NCBI GenBank assembly: GCA_041178465.1
Contig: JBEGVJ010000018.1
Coordinates: forward strand, 960-64,959
Direction: 5' to 3'
Source of the DNA: Nitrospirota bacterium
GTDB lineage: Bacteria; Nitrospirota; Nitrospiria; Nitrospirales; Nitrospiraceae
Length of the DNA: 64,000 nucleotides
Part shown: piece by piece, positions 38,230 through 47,467 of the stretch
Layout of the letters: each line of letters begins with the position of its first letter
How positions within the stretch are numbered: position 1 is the first letter of the stretch
Program-made: the position numbers and the translations under genes
Notes under the pieces: generated by a model
What the model was told of the DNA's origin: nothing
The model's database searches: none
The model's input: the letters and a program-made list of their open reading frames with translations, nothing else

Positions 38230-38419
38230 TGGTGGCCTCCCGCTTGAATTTTTCAATGAACCGATCCATGTCCACCAGGTCGATCCTCACGCACCGTCCC
38301 TGCCGGACTTCCCGAAGACACCCATCCCGAATCAAGCGACGAATCGTCCAGGGGCTTCTCCCGAGATACCGACCCGCCTCTTTCACATTGTACAGCCGCT
38401 TATTTACTCCCTCGCTCAT
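38174..38419 (-). CDS. xis: Excisionase-type helix-turn-helix protein
   Basis: ORF track 81 aa. The segment LYNVKEAGRYLGRSPWTIRRLIRDGCL resembles the excisionase/MerR-superfamily HTH. It lies directly upstream of int and overlaps it. Confidence 0.7.
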   Translation of the reverse strand: MSEGVNKRLYNVKEAGRYLGRSPWTIRRLIRDGCLREVRQGRCVRIDLVDMDRFIEKFKREATNGNDLPPEDEGSGNGTLG

Positions 38420-38439
38420 CGTCTCTCACCCCCTTCCAT

Positions 38440-38769
38440 TTATTGTGAATCTGTCGCTTCTGCTCCCAAATCGGCCAATTGATCCGCACGTTTCCTGAGC
38501 GCTTGAACCGCCTTACGTCCAATGGTATCGACGACAATCTTCATGGCTCCAACTTCCCCATCCAGGACCATATCCATGATGACGGAGGCCCGTACATACT
38601 CGGAGACGGTAAAATCCTTCTTCTTGGCAACTTTCTCGATCAGCTTTCGTTCCTCAGGCGTGACTTTGAATTGCATCAGTTCTGTGCGAGATGGTCCCAT
38701 TGTGCCCTCCATTGGATTACGCGCTGTATTACCATGAGAGATAATAATACTTGGAGTATTATCTGTCAA
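38440..38769 (-). CDS. Ribbon-helix-helix (CopG/MobC-like) protein
   Basis: ORF track 109 aa. FKVTPEERKLIEKVAKKKDFTVSEYVRASV fits the RHH pattern. The start is uncertain. Confidence 0.55.
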   Translation of the reverse strand: MTDNTPSIIISHGNTARNPMEGTMGPSRTELMQFKVTPEERKLIEKVAKKKDFTVSEYVRASVIMDMVLDGEVGAMKIVVDTIGRKAVQALRKRADQLADLGAEATDSQ

Positions 38770-38939
38770 GGGGAGGTTTTAGGATGGTCGATGGTGCTGA
38801 ACTATAGAGCTAGCGATGAGTACGGCACTGCAGGACTCGGATAGCATGCGAGAGAGACTTGCTGATTATGGCTCAAGGATCGGCTTGCCGACAACTTGCG
38901 GGGCCACCTACTGAAACCGGTTGCTATCCGACGACAGTT

Positions 38940-40043
38940 TCACTCCGCTTCCTCTGAGTACTCGTCAAGCACGCTGTCCGAGAGATGTGAAAGGTGTTTC
39001 AGTGCAGCTAACTCTTTTAGACCGTCATAGGACAGATATGTGCAGCTCTCCGCGAGGGGTCCTTTCTCTAGCAACGAGAATACAGGTCGCCGAATTTCTT
39101 GGAACACTTTGTCGCGCCTCGCCGCGGGCGCGACGATATGCAGCTTGATATCCATGTTGGGCTGAAGCGCGAGAAGATCGGCCATTCGCAGAATACCGGA
39201 ATAGACAGAAGTCGTATGCTCAACTTCGAATGCTCGGACGATCGAGCGTCCACGAAGCCACAGCACATCAATCTGCTCAATCGTGCGAAGGGTTGTGTCG
39301 TCATAGTTGAGTGGAAGCCGCTCAATCAGGTGCTGATTATCATTCTTCCATTCCCTGAGGACACCCCCACGATCAGCACGTGGAATCCAGATCGACATGT
39401 CCATCTTCGCACCAACTTGAGCGAGAAGAGCTTGAACCTGAATCGACTCTCTTGTTTCTGTTTCTTCCACCGGTGGCGCGTCGCCAACGACACCGGAATC
39501 CTCAGGAACAGATACCGTGACGACCTTGCCAGGCCGGTTCACGGTATGCGTAGTGAGTTTCTTCGCGTCCTGTTCGTCAATGGGATAAGACTTAGGCTTG
39601 GCGGCTTGAGCTGTCAAATGCTGAACCAGGAATTCTCCGTCATGTTCGTCGAGGCGTACGAGGCTCCCCCTGACCTTGCCGGTCCAGCCGATCGAGCCTT
39701 TCTCCAAAGTTTGTGTGAACGATAGTCCCTTCCAGATCATGTCGTCATGAATCGGTATCGACTTGTCGATGTCGAGCCACACCACTGGGCGAACGTGGAA
39801 GCGAATCACGAATGGATCACTTTCGGTCACAAAGATCGGTTTGTCGTCGATAAATGGGCCGTCGATGACCTCAAGAAGGCCGCACCACCGCGACAAGCGA
39901 GTGAGATAACAGACGAAGGTGTCGCCGGGCTTGATTCGCTCCGCCATCCCCTTATGGCGCATTCGAAAACCGGAGACAGTGCGCGAAGAGCGCGCAAACG
40001 CCTCGTAGGTTTCTGGTGAGAACAGGTCGATGAATTGCGCCAT
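38940..40043 (-). CDS. EVE/PUA-like N-terminal domain fused to a restriction-endonuclease-like C-terminal domain (candidate modification-dependent nuclease)
   Basis: ORF track 367 aa, with GAGGA upstream. The N-terminus IKPGDTFVCYLTRLSRWCGLLEVIDGPF...FVIRFHVRPVVWL is EVE-like. The C-terminus has IDVLWL...AFEVEHTTSVYSGILRMADL, which resembles a PD-(D/E)xK core. Both assignments are by eye. Confidence 0.45.
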   Translation of the reverse strand: MAQFIDLFSPETYEAFARSSRTVSGFRMRHKGMAERIKPGDTFVCYLTRLSRWCGLLEVIDGPFIDDKPIFVTESDPFVIRFHVRPVVWLDIDKSIPIHDDMIWKGLSFTQTLEKGSIGWTGKVRGSLVRLDEHDGEFLVQHLTAQAAKPKSYPIDEQDAKKLTTHTVNRPGKVVTVSVPEDSGVVGDAPPVEETETRESIQVQALLAQVGAKMDMSIWIPRADRGGVLREWKNDNQHLIERLPLNYDDTTLRTIEQIDVLWLRGRSIVRAFEVEHTTSVYSGILRMADLLALQPNMDIKLHIVAPAARRDKVFQEIRRPVFSLLEKGPLAESCTYLSYDGLKELAALKHLSHLSDSVLDEYSEEAE

Positions 40044-40270
40044 GCGTGTATCCTCGATGTCTAACTACTGTGTATGCGACCGGCATAGTACGCCAAGGCA
40101 GACTACAAATTGACGTCTACGGACTCTTCGCTCTTCGAGTTTATGCTCTTGCCACAATCGGGTCAATTCATACGTAGGCTCAGTTGCCGTCTTTACGGAT
40201 GGAAATGGTTGAATTTTCCTCGTCTGGGTGAGGCATTGAGGTCTTTGAATTTGAAGCGGCGCGAGCCTGG

Positions 40271-40312
40271 CGACACCCCCTTACCCCCAAGAAATGCCCG
40301 CGTGGCCGACGG
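40271..40312 (+). repeat. Imperfect direct repeat flanking vapBC (left copy)
   Basis: CGACACCCCCTTACCCCC...GCCCGCGTGGCCGACGG recurs at 41131..41183 as CGACACCCCCCTTACCCCCCCC...GCCCGCGTTGCCGCCGG. Confidence 0.6.
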
Positions 40313-40374
40313 TGACGAAGCAGGGGAAAACCGCTCCGGTCGCTCATGTACTTGAGGAACTCACTGCTGTGCGA

Positions 40375-40785
40375 TCACAAATCCCCGATGTGGACCCACG
40401 GAATGCGGGCGAAGTGTTTGCGATCGTAGGTGAGAATCTCTGTGAGTCCCTGCTCTTTCATGTGGAAGGCGTTATATGCGTCTATGAAGTCAATGTTTGC
40501 ATGGACATAGAGATCGAGAGCCATAAAGAGAAGCGGGGCTTCGGGACAGTCCAGATTGGGCGTGTTCAGGATCTTCTCGACTTTCGCGGCGATATCCGAC
40601 TTCTCCAGCTTGTAAAAGGATTCCAGTGTCCAAATGATCTCGGCGATGACCAGCAGACTGGTCGCCAATTTTATTTTGCCGCGCAGCGCATCGCGAAACA
40701 GTGTCTCCGCCCGCTTGGCCTTTGCCGGGTCGTCGTTGGTCAGAAAACGAAGAAACACATTGGTGTCCACGAAGAGACTAGCCAT
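40375..40785 (-). CDS. vapC: PIN-domain toxin VapC
   Basis: ORF track 136 aa. Acidic PIN residues lie in FVDTNVF, VIAEII and FIDAYN. It overlaps the upstream antitoxin by 8 nt. Confidence 0.85.
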   Translation of the reverse strand: MASLFVDTNVFLRFLTNDDPAKAKRAETLFRDALRGKIKLATSLLVIAEIIWTLESFYKLEKSDIAAKVEKILNTPNLDCPEAPLLFMALDLYVHANIDFIDAYNAFHMKEQGLTEILTYDRKHFARIPWVHIGDL

Positions 40786-41041
40786 GCCCAGCTACCTTCT
40801 TTCCTAAGGTCTGTTTCACAGACTGACGAATCTTCTCAAAATCTTCCGGGTACGCTGACGGCCGGACTGAGCCTCTAAGATCAAGAATCGTCCCCTTGAC
40901 GACCTTCAAGACCACTTCTTCGCCTCGCATCACAAAGAGGACTTTCTCCCCTTCTTTCACGCCCAAGCGATCACGAATCGCCTTGGGAATCGTCACCTGC
41001 CCCTTCCGAGTTATCGTAGATTCCAACATGTATACCTCCAT
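40778..41041 (-). CDS. vapB: AbrB/SpoVT-type antitoxin VapB
   Basis: ORF track 87 aa. The swapped-hairpin motif is RKGQVTIPKAIRDRLGVKEGEKV. Confidence 0.8.
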   Translation of the reverse strand: MEVYMLESTITRKGQVTIPKAIRDRLGVKEGEKVLFVMRGEEVVLKVVKGTILDLRGSVRPSAYPEDFEKIRQSVKQTLGKKVAGHG

Positions 41042-41130
41042 CGCTATTGTACTACTTTTATAGTTTAGTACTACCTCGCGATCGAGTCAATCTCTACCAT
41101 GAACAGAGGTGAGCCACGGGGGGGAGTCTT

Positions 41131-41183
41131 ACGACACCCCCCTTACCCCCCCCAGCAACAATGGTGCGCCCGCGTTGCCGCCG
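41131..41183 (+). repeat. Imperfect direct repeat flanking vapBC (right copy)
   Basis: See 40271..40312. This copy is preceded by a G7 run and contains C6 and C8 runs. Confidence 0.6.
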
Positions 41184-41275
41184 GCGTTTCATGATCGCCT
41201 AACTGGTTAGGCAGTGTACTAGCAAGCGAGCTGGGGGAAAATGGCCCGGCACCATTGCACACCAGATGTTTGCAT

Positions 41276-42265
41276 CTACGCATATGACTCCTGCCCCGGA
41301 GCTTGCGGAGGGCTTGCTGTGTGTCTGCTCCAGTGATAAGTCGGGTCTTCGAAGCCTGATATCCATCCGAACGTTCCGGCCCCTCCGATCCAGTGCCTGA
41401 CCGTGCAGTAGTCTCCAACCCGACGGAGCGTGTCGTTGAACATGAGGAAGAAGAGTTTCGATTCCGCTTCTCTCGCGTGGCGCGTCAGGACAATCTGAAA
41501 GCGCTCTGTTGGCACGGCGATCCCTAATGAACAGAAGTACCGATGCTCCTCAAACTCCCGTGGTTGGCTGTCTACGTCTTTGCTAATGTACTTGGAGATG
41601 TATCGGGCCAGTTTGACCGGAGAGGTTCCAGGCCGTGGCCCCTTCACGTTCACCTGCCCCTGTGCTTTTCCGACGATCTTGTACCAACACCGGCGCAGCA
41701 GACGAATGTCCTGGATGCCATGGACAGCCAAATGTGGATGGATTGCCCCGCGCTTTTGGCATTCCAACACTGCCACGTAGGGCATCGAGTAGCCACTGCG
41801 TGAGAGCATGCGCCGTAACCGCTCCAGGTCGGTCATGACTCGCTCTCGGTTTTCGACATTGTCGCGATAAGTCAACGTGACTAGATGATCGGCCCTGATC
41901 GCCAGGCATTTCCTTCTGATCTCGCCCGCAGCCCGCGATCGTGCACGTTTTTCGTTCTGCTCTTTGTTCTGTGACTTCCCCTTGAAGCCGCGCTTGCCTG
42001 GTTGCGGATTCACCTTTCCCCACGAGCTCTCAATCCACTGCTTCCCGAAGTCGTGAATCTTGACTGACCACATTGAACCGCCAGATGATTGTGTGCTTGC
42101 GTTGGATTGGGTGTGATCGACGAGATATGTCTTTCTGTCAAGTTTAGGGGCTGCCGGAGGACCGGCAGCCGCGCGCCGGTGGCGTTCGCCATCCGACGCA
42201 TCTACTGCTGCTCCCTGATCGTGGCGCTGCGGCTCTCTGGAACCGCGTGGCTCGTTCGTATCCAT
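41276..42265 (-). CDS. rep: HUH-type rolling-circle replication initiator
   Basis: ORF track 41276..42337. I place the start at MDTNEPRG. The three RCR-like motifs are HLVTLTY, AIHPHLAVHG (HUH) and ARYISKYISKD (two Tyr). Confidence 0.65.
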   Translation of the reverse strand: MDTNEPRGSREPQRHDQGAAVDASDGERHRRAAAGPPAAPKLDRKTYLVDHTQSNASTQSSGGSMWSVKIHDFGKQWIESSWGKVNPQPGKRGFKGKSQNKEQNEKRARSRAAGEIRRKCLAIRADHLVTLTYRDNVENRERVMTDLERLRRMLSRSGYSMPYVAVLECQKRGAIHPHLAVHGIQDIRLLRRCWYKIVGKAQGQVNVKGPRPGTSPVKLARYISKYISKDVDSQPREFEEHRYFCSLGIAVPTERFQIVLTRHAREAESKLFFLMFNDTLRRVGDYCTVRHWIGGAGTFGWISGFEDPTYHWSRHTASPPQAPGQESYA

Positions 42266-42285
42266 GTTCAATCTGACCTCGTAAA

Positions 42286-42307
42286 GTGTAACGGAAAATG
42301 TAACCGT
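42286..42307 (+). promoter_or_regulatory. Candidate integrase arm-type site pair, right end
   Basis: GTGTAACGGAAAATGTAACCGT, the partner of 37107..37128. It lies 131 nt inside attR. Confidence 0.35.
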
Positions 42308-42437
42308 ACTCAGGCTGTCTACCCTCTCCGCAAGCAATCGCGCGCAACTTGGCTGAATGACCTAACCTGGCCATTCTGCTTGTGATTCTGCTGGATCTGG
42401 TGAGGGTGAGGGAGGAGAAGAAAGTGGGTCTGTAGCT

Positions 42438-42532
42438 TTTTGTAAACCGCAGGTTGGAGGTTCAATTCCTCTCGCCAGCTCCACAACTTCCGCTGACGAT
42501 TCAACCCCTTTGCGACTTACAGCACTCCTGCT
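42438..42532 (+). repeat. attR: 95-bp direct repeat containing a 3' fragment of tRNA-Thr (not a functional tRNA)
   Basis: It starts in the anticodon loop (TTTTGTAAACCGC...) and runs through CCA plus 49 nt. It lacks the 5' half of the tRNA. Confidence 0.9.
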
Positions 42533-42590
42533 TTACCTTATCGAGACCAGCAGAGGAGAACAGTCTGTGATCCTCTGTTGAGGTCGGTCA

Positions 42591-42857
42591 TTAGAAGTCC
42601 ACCCCGATCTTGAGTGACCACAAGTCGATGCCCATTGCAGGACGCTGGGTCCCCGCACTTGGCATCCGCCACAAGTCGAGGGAGAACTCATACCTGTCAT
42701 GCTTCACATAGGCTCGGGTATCTTGTTCAAACGCACTGCTGAGCGGTCGAATAGGGGTATCTCTGAACGCATACGGACGATCCAGGCCTACGCTGAGCGA
42801 TGTCTCGCACGGGGTCGAGAGACTCACGGTAAACATTAAAGCCAGCAAGCAGCTCAT
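42591..42857 (-). CDS. Hypothetical small exported protein ending in F
   Basis: ORF track 88 aa. It has a hydrophobic N-terminus and the C-terminus KIGVDF. Confidence 0.4.
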   Translation of the reverse strand: MSCLLALMFTVSLSTPCETSLSVGLDRPYAFRDTPIRPLSSAFEQDTRAYVKHDRYEFSLDLWRMPSAGTQRPAMGIDLWSLKIGVDF

Positions 42858-43211
42858 GATGATTCGCCCGGATTATTGGCCCACTCATTCTTCGGCAGAA
42901 GAAGACCACCTCTCGCTTCTCCCAACGTCTGAATATGCAGGGTCTTCTTTTCCATCACTTTAAACGTACCACCGCTTCACGAATCTGTCATTTTGAGGAG
43001 CTCTAGAAAATCCCCTCACGCATCTGTGCGAAATCAGTACACGTTTCAGGGGGTTATGCCTCATACCCACGGCACGACAAGTACGCGCGCATCCAGCGAG
43101 AAACAGGCAGAAGAAGACCATCACCTGGGCCAGTGAAAAAATCCCTCATGTCGGCTTCTCCGGTTTTCGGTCTGCAGGATACGCCGTACAGACGCACCAC
43201 ATGACTCAGCC

Positions 43212-44033
43212 CTACTTGAACGGCGAAGCAAATCGACGTTGGCGTCGTGACAGCCCATGGAGCGATGCGAAGAGATGGCCGCGAAACAAGAGCATGGCGA
43301 CGGCCAGCGGTGGGGTGAGAAGGAGGCCAAGATACCAGCTGATCGATGAAGGAATGCCGACATAGTCCAGCCAGCTTCCGAGGATCGTGAAGGGCAGCAC
43401 GAGGAGCTGAAAAAAATCTAACCCCGCTCCCCTCCCCACTCGACTGGAGAGGGAGAAGAAGGATTCGAGACCCATGGGCGAGAGGACGATGGGGATGAGG
43501 ATCAGCGCGAACGGGAGAAACCATTCAATCCAATTTTCCAGGACGAACTCGTACGAGGTTTTGAATACGTCGAGTGGGGAATCATGGCGCACTTGATAGA
43601 TGACCTCGGGGGACGGATTCAGCAGGAGAAAGAGGAGCAGCATGACCGCATACGACAAGAGTTGCCCATAGGGGTTCGTCTGCATGCTCATGTCGAGCGC
43701 CATGAGCGGAAGCCATAGGACGAATCCCACGCCGATCACATCCCAGAAATAGTGCCCGACGCTGTCACGAATATCGTGAACGGTCAAAACACGAGCGTGG
43801 GTGATCGCTTGTTCGACCAGGCTCAGGGTGGCGCCGACCAAAAGCGCATTCACCGCACCAAGAAGAAAGCCTCCGATCATGCCGAGCGGCGAGGCAATCT
43901 GGGAGGCGAGCACCAGCAGGAATCCAAATCCCACCACCGCCACCATGGCTATCCAGCCGCGGGCAAGGGATTGTCCGGTTTTCCGGAATGCGTTCCGATA
44001 GAGTGTGATCGTTTCAGCGAGAATGCGCGTCAT
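43212..44033 (-). CDS. Hypothetical polytopic membrane protein
   Basis: ORF track 43212..44141. I place the start at MTRILAETI. It has at least 6 hydrophobic segments. Confidence 0.55.
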   Translation of the reverse strand: MTRILAETITLYRNAFRKTGQSLARGWIAMVAVVGFGFLLVLASQIASPLGMIGGFLLGAVNALLVGATLSLVEQAITHARVLTVHDIRDSVGHYFWDVIGVGFVLWLPLMALDMSMQTNPYGQLLSYAVMLLLFLLLNPSPEVIYQVRHDSPLDVFKTSYEFVLENWIEWFLPFALILIPIVLSPMGLESFFSLSSRVGRGAGLDFFQLLVLPFTILGSWLDYVGIPSSISWYLGLLLTPPLAVAMLLFRGHLFASLHGLSRRQRRFASPFK

Positions 44034-44165
44034 GAGAGACCATAGTCCGTGAGAAGTTCTCCGGTCAAGCCACGCCGTACCTCCCCGCGGGAGGTTGACT
44101 TCCCCTATCCTATGATTATGTAAAATAACTACAGTACACAACGCCGAGCGGAGAGGAGTGGTCCA

Positions 44166-46760
44166 ATGGATATGAACCGCATGACGATCAAAGTACAGGA
44201 GGCGCTCCAGACCGCCTCATCCCATGCCGCGAGGCGAAGTCATCAGGGGATCGATGTGGAGCACCTCGTACTCGCGTTCATGGAACAGGAAGGCGGCCTC
44301 GCTTCCGCTCTCCTCGAACAGGCCGGGTTGTCGGTGCCCTCTGTTCGCCAAGCGGTGGATCAGGCACTGGCAAAGTTACCTCAAGTTCAAGGCGCCGGGG
44401 CAAGTCCCGGACAGCTCCATGTCACATCGCGACTGAGCCAGGTCTTGGCCAAAGCCGAAGACGAACAACGAGCGTTGAAAGACGATTATCTCAGTGTCGA
44501 GCATGTCATTCTCGCCATGGTCCAAGAGGGAGGCGTCTTCAAAAAGCTCGGCCTGACAAAGGAACGGCTTTTGGGGGCGCTGCAACAGGTACGAGGGTCG
44601 CAACGTGTGACGAGCCAGGATCCGGAAGGCACGTACCAGGCGCTGGAAAAATACGGACGCGACCTGACCCGGTTGGCGGGACAAGGAAAGCTGGATCCCG
44701 TCATTGGACGTGATGAGGAAATTCGTCGCGTCGTGCAGATTCTTTCGCGGCGCACCAAAAATAATCCCGTGCTCATCGGCGAGCCGGGCGTCGGGAAAAC
44801 CGCTATTGTCGAAGGGCTGGCCTCGCGCATTATCAAAGGAGACGTGCCTGAAGGGCTCAAGAAGAAACGCGTCATCACGCTCGACATGGGATCGCTGGTG
44901 GCCGGCGCGAAATTTCGCGGCGAGTTCGAAGAACGATTGAAAGCAGTCCTGAAAGAAGTGCAAACGTCGGAAGGGCAAATCCTGCTCTTCATCGACGAAT
45001 TGCATACGGTCGTGGGAGCCGGCGCAGCAGAAGGAGCGATGGACGCAGCCAATCTGCTCAAGCCCATGCTGGCCCGCGGCGAGTTGCATTTGATCGGCGC
45101 GACCACGCTGGATGAATACCGGAAACATATCGAGAAGGATGCCGCGCTGGAACGGCGGTTCCAAACGGTGTTGGTCGATCAGCCGTCAGTGGAGGACACC
45201 ATCTCGATTTTGCGCGGGCTGAAGGAACGTTATGAAGTCCACCATGGGGTCCGCATCAAAGACGCTGCCCTGGTCGCTGCTGCGAAACTGTCGAACCGCT
45301 ATATCGCCGACCGCTTTCTCCCGGACAAAGCCATTGACCTGGTTGATGAATCGGCGGCTCGCCTGCGGACGGAAATCGATAGTTTGCCGGCGGAGCTGGA
45401 TGAAGTCTCGCGCAAGGTGATGCAACTGGAGATCGAGCGGGAGGCGTTGCGGAAAGAAAAGGATCAGGCTAGCCAGGCGCGGCTGACGACGCTGGAGCTG
45501 GAGTTGGGCGAGAAACAAGGAGAACTCCAGGCACTCAAGACACGCTGGGATTCTGAGAAGGCCTCGGTGGCCCGGCTGCGTAAAATGCGGGAAGCGATGG
45601 AAGAGGTCAAACAATCGATGGAGCGGGCGGAACGGGCCTACGATCTAAATCGCGTGGCGGAGCTGCGCTACGGAGAGCTGCCGCGCCTTGAGCGGGAGCT
45701 GGCGTTGGAGCAGGAACAGCTCGGCAAAAAACAAGGCGAAAGCCGGTTGCTCAAAGAAGAGGTCGATGAAGACGACATCGCGGCCATCGTGAGCCGCTGG
45801 ACCGGAATCCCTGTTTCCCGCCTGGTCGAAGGTGAAACGGAGAAATTGTTAAAGCTGGGCGAACTGCTCCATCAGCGGGTGGTCGGCCAGAATGAAGCGG
45901 TGGAGGCGGTCGCCGATGCGGTCCTCCGCGCGCGCTCCGGCATCAAAGATCCGAATCGGCCCATCGGGTCGTTTCTCTTTCTCGGTCCGACCGGAGTCGG
46001 CAAGACCGAGTTGGCGAGAACCCTTGCGGCGACGCTCTTCGATGACGAGGCTAACCTGATCCGGATCGATATGTCCGAGTATATGGAAAAGCATACGGTG
46101 GCCCGCCTGATCGGAGCGCCTCCCGGCTATATCGGCTACGAAGAAGGCGGCCAACTGACGGAAGCCGTCCGGCGGCGTCCCTTTTCCGTCATTCTGTTCG
46201 ACGAGATCGAAAAAGCCCATCACGATGTGTTCAATGTCTTACTTCAAGTCTTGGACGACGGACGGCTGACGGATGCGCAGGGCCGTACGGTCGATTTCAA
46301 GAACACGGTTTTGATCATGACGTCCAACATCGGCAGCCCGCAGATCCTTGAGGCGCAGCAACGGCGCGCTTCGTATGACGAAGTCTGTTCCCTTGTGATG
46401 GTGGAATTGCGGGAGCACTTCCGTCCTGAATTCTTGAACCGCGTCGATGAGACGGTGGTGTTTCACCCATTGGAAACGGAGCAGCTTGCGAAGATCGCGG
46501 AGATTCAGCTTGAGCGAGTGCGTGCCCGGTTGGCGGAGCGGCGGATCACTCTCGTCATTACAGCGGCTGCTTTACGGCATCTGGGTGAGCGGGGTTACGA
46601 TCCAATCTATGGGGCGAGACCGCTGAAGCGATTGATTCAACAGGAGCTGGAAACGCCGATGGCGCGCCAATTGGTCAAGGGCGAATTGCGCGATGGGGAT
46701 ACGGCGACCGTGGACCTGAAAGATCAGCGCATCGTCATCGTGCCGACGGTCGCAGCATAG
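44166..46760 (+). CDS. clpB: Disaggregase ClpB (Hsp104 family)
   Basis: ORF track 864 aa. It has a Clp_N domain, two AAA modules ([16 protein letters not shown]) and a long coiled-coil middle domain. Confidence 0.95.
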   Translation: MDMNRMTIKVQEALQTASSHAARRSHQGIDVEHLVLAFMEQEGGLASALLEQAGLSVPSVRQAVDQALAKLPQVQGAGASPGQLHVTSRLSQVLAKAEDEQRALKDDYLSVEHVILAMVQEGGVFKKLGLTKERLLGALQQVRGSQRVTSQDPEGTYQALEKYGRDLTRLAGQGKLDPVIGRDEEIRRVVQILSRRTKNNPVLIGEPGVGKTAIVEGLASRIIKGDVPEGLKKKRVITLDMGSLVAGAKFRGEFEERLKAVLKEVQTSEGQILLFIDELHTVVGAGAAEGAMDAANLLKPMLARGELHLIGATTLDEYRKHIEKDAALERRFQTVLVDQPSVEDTISILRGLKERYEVHHGVRIKDAALVAAAKLSNRYIADRFLPDKAIDLVDESAARLRTEIDSLPAELDEVSRKVMQLEIEREALRKEKDQASQARLTTLELELGEKQGELQALKTRWDSEKASVARLRKMREAMEEVKQSMERAERAYDLNRVAELRYGELPRLERELALEQEQLGKKQGESRLLKEEVDEDDIAAIVSRWTGIPVSRLVEGETEKLLKLGELLHQRVVGQNEAVEAVADAVLRARSGIKDPNRPIGSFLFLGPTGVGKTELARTLAATLFDDEANLIRIDMSEYMEKHTVARLIGAPPGYIGYEEGGQLTEAVRRRPFSVILFDEIEKAHHDVFNVLLQVLDDGRLTDAQGRTVDFKNTVLIMTSNIGSPQILEAQQRRASYDEVCSLVMVELREHFRPEFLNRVDETVVFHPLETEQLAKIAEIQLERVRARLAERRITLVITAAALRHLGERGYDPIYGARPLKRLIQQELETPMARQLVKGELRDGDTATVDLKDQRIVIVPTVAA

Positions 46761-46781
46761 GATGGGATTCGTCGTCCTGCG

Positions 46782-47207
46782 TCAACCGAGGACGACGGAC
46801 CCACCGTTGAGATCTTGCGTCGTACCGCTAGCACGGAGCTTGTCGATTTTCCATTCGGTGGGGGAAACCTCGAACAGGTGGCCCTTGATCGTGTGAAAGG
46901 CTCCCTTCGTGAAGGCCACCAGGTCCGGCGCCTTCAATTCCATCTTCAAGATAATATTTCCCGATGCCAGATGGATGAGTTCCAGGCTCTTGGGTGTCTT
47001 GCTCACTTCGTAGGCGCGTTTCTCATTGATCATCAGGGTGCTGTCGTTAAGTTTTGCCGTGACTTTTCCTCCCGCATCGAACAGGGCAAAGTTCACGAGC
47101 AAGGCACCCGTGGTCGGTTTCAGGGCTAGCTGAATCTGCGGGATCCCCTCGACTTCAATCGTGCCGTCAGTGTTGCGATACAGGTTCGAACCTACTTCCA
47201 CGTCCAT
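46782..47207 (-). CDS. Hypothetical protein
   Basis: ORF track 46782..47471. An internal ATG at 47207 is preceded by GAGGA. The sequence is beta-rich and I recognise no family. Confidence 0.45.
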   Translation of the reverse strand: MDVEVGSNLYRNTDGTIEVEGIPQIQLALKPTTGALLVNFALFDAGGKVTAKLNDSTLMINEKRAYEVSKTPKSLELIHLASGNIILKMELKAPDLVAFTKGAFHTIKGHLFEVSPTEWKIDKLRASGTTQDLNGGSVVLG

Positions 47208-47245
47208 GTCTGTCCTCATTTCCCTAGAATGTAAGAAAGAATCGA

Positions 47246-47464
47246 TTAGGCTTTTTTGATCCGGTCCAGGATCAGTGCGAGACAGCCGCCAAGCAGTCCC
47301 CCACCCATGATAGTCGTGAAGAGCTCGACCAGCTTGAGTTCCCACACGGACCCCTGCGCTTGCATGACTTCCCTGATGCCGCCTTGCAGGAGAATCACCG
47401 CGAGCGCCATGGTCGAACCAACAACAAACCACCAGAGAAATACTTTCAATGTCGGCACCATCAA
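47246..47464 (-). CDS. Small two-TM membrane protein
   Basis: ORF track 72 aa. It starts 4 nt after the comM-like stop. Confidence 0.45.
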   Translation of the reverse strand: MMVPTLKVFLWWFVVGSTMALAVILLQGGIREVMQAQGSVWELKLVELFTTIMGGGLLGGCLALILDRIKKA

Positions 47465-47467
47465 TCC

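Larger units (their letters stand above)
36992..42532. mobile_element. Integrative element (about 5.4 kb) inserted in the 3' end of tRNA-Thr: int, xis, RHH, EVE-nuclease, vapBC, rolling-circle rep
   Basis: A full tRNA is followed by an adjacent integrase, with a partial tRNA copy at the far end. All cargo genes are on the minus strand. Confidence 0.85.

Noticed and set aside
42438-42483. A second tRNA-Thr gene at the right island end
   Set aside because: Only the 3' part, from the anticodon loop onward, is present. There is no acceptor 5' strand or D arm. It is the displaced attR copy.
44376-45164. Long antisense ORFs inside clpB (44376..45164, 44486..45106) and clpC (1868..2431, 3245..3733)
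   Set aside because: They lie opposite highly conserved AAA+ coding sequence and are typical GC-rich antisense open frames.
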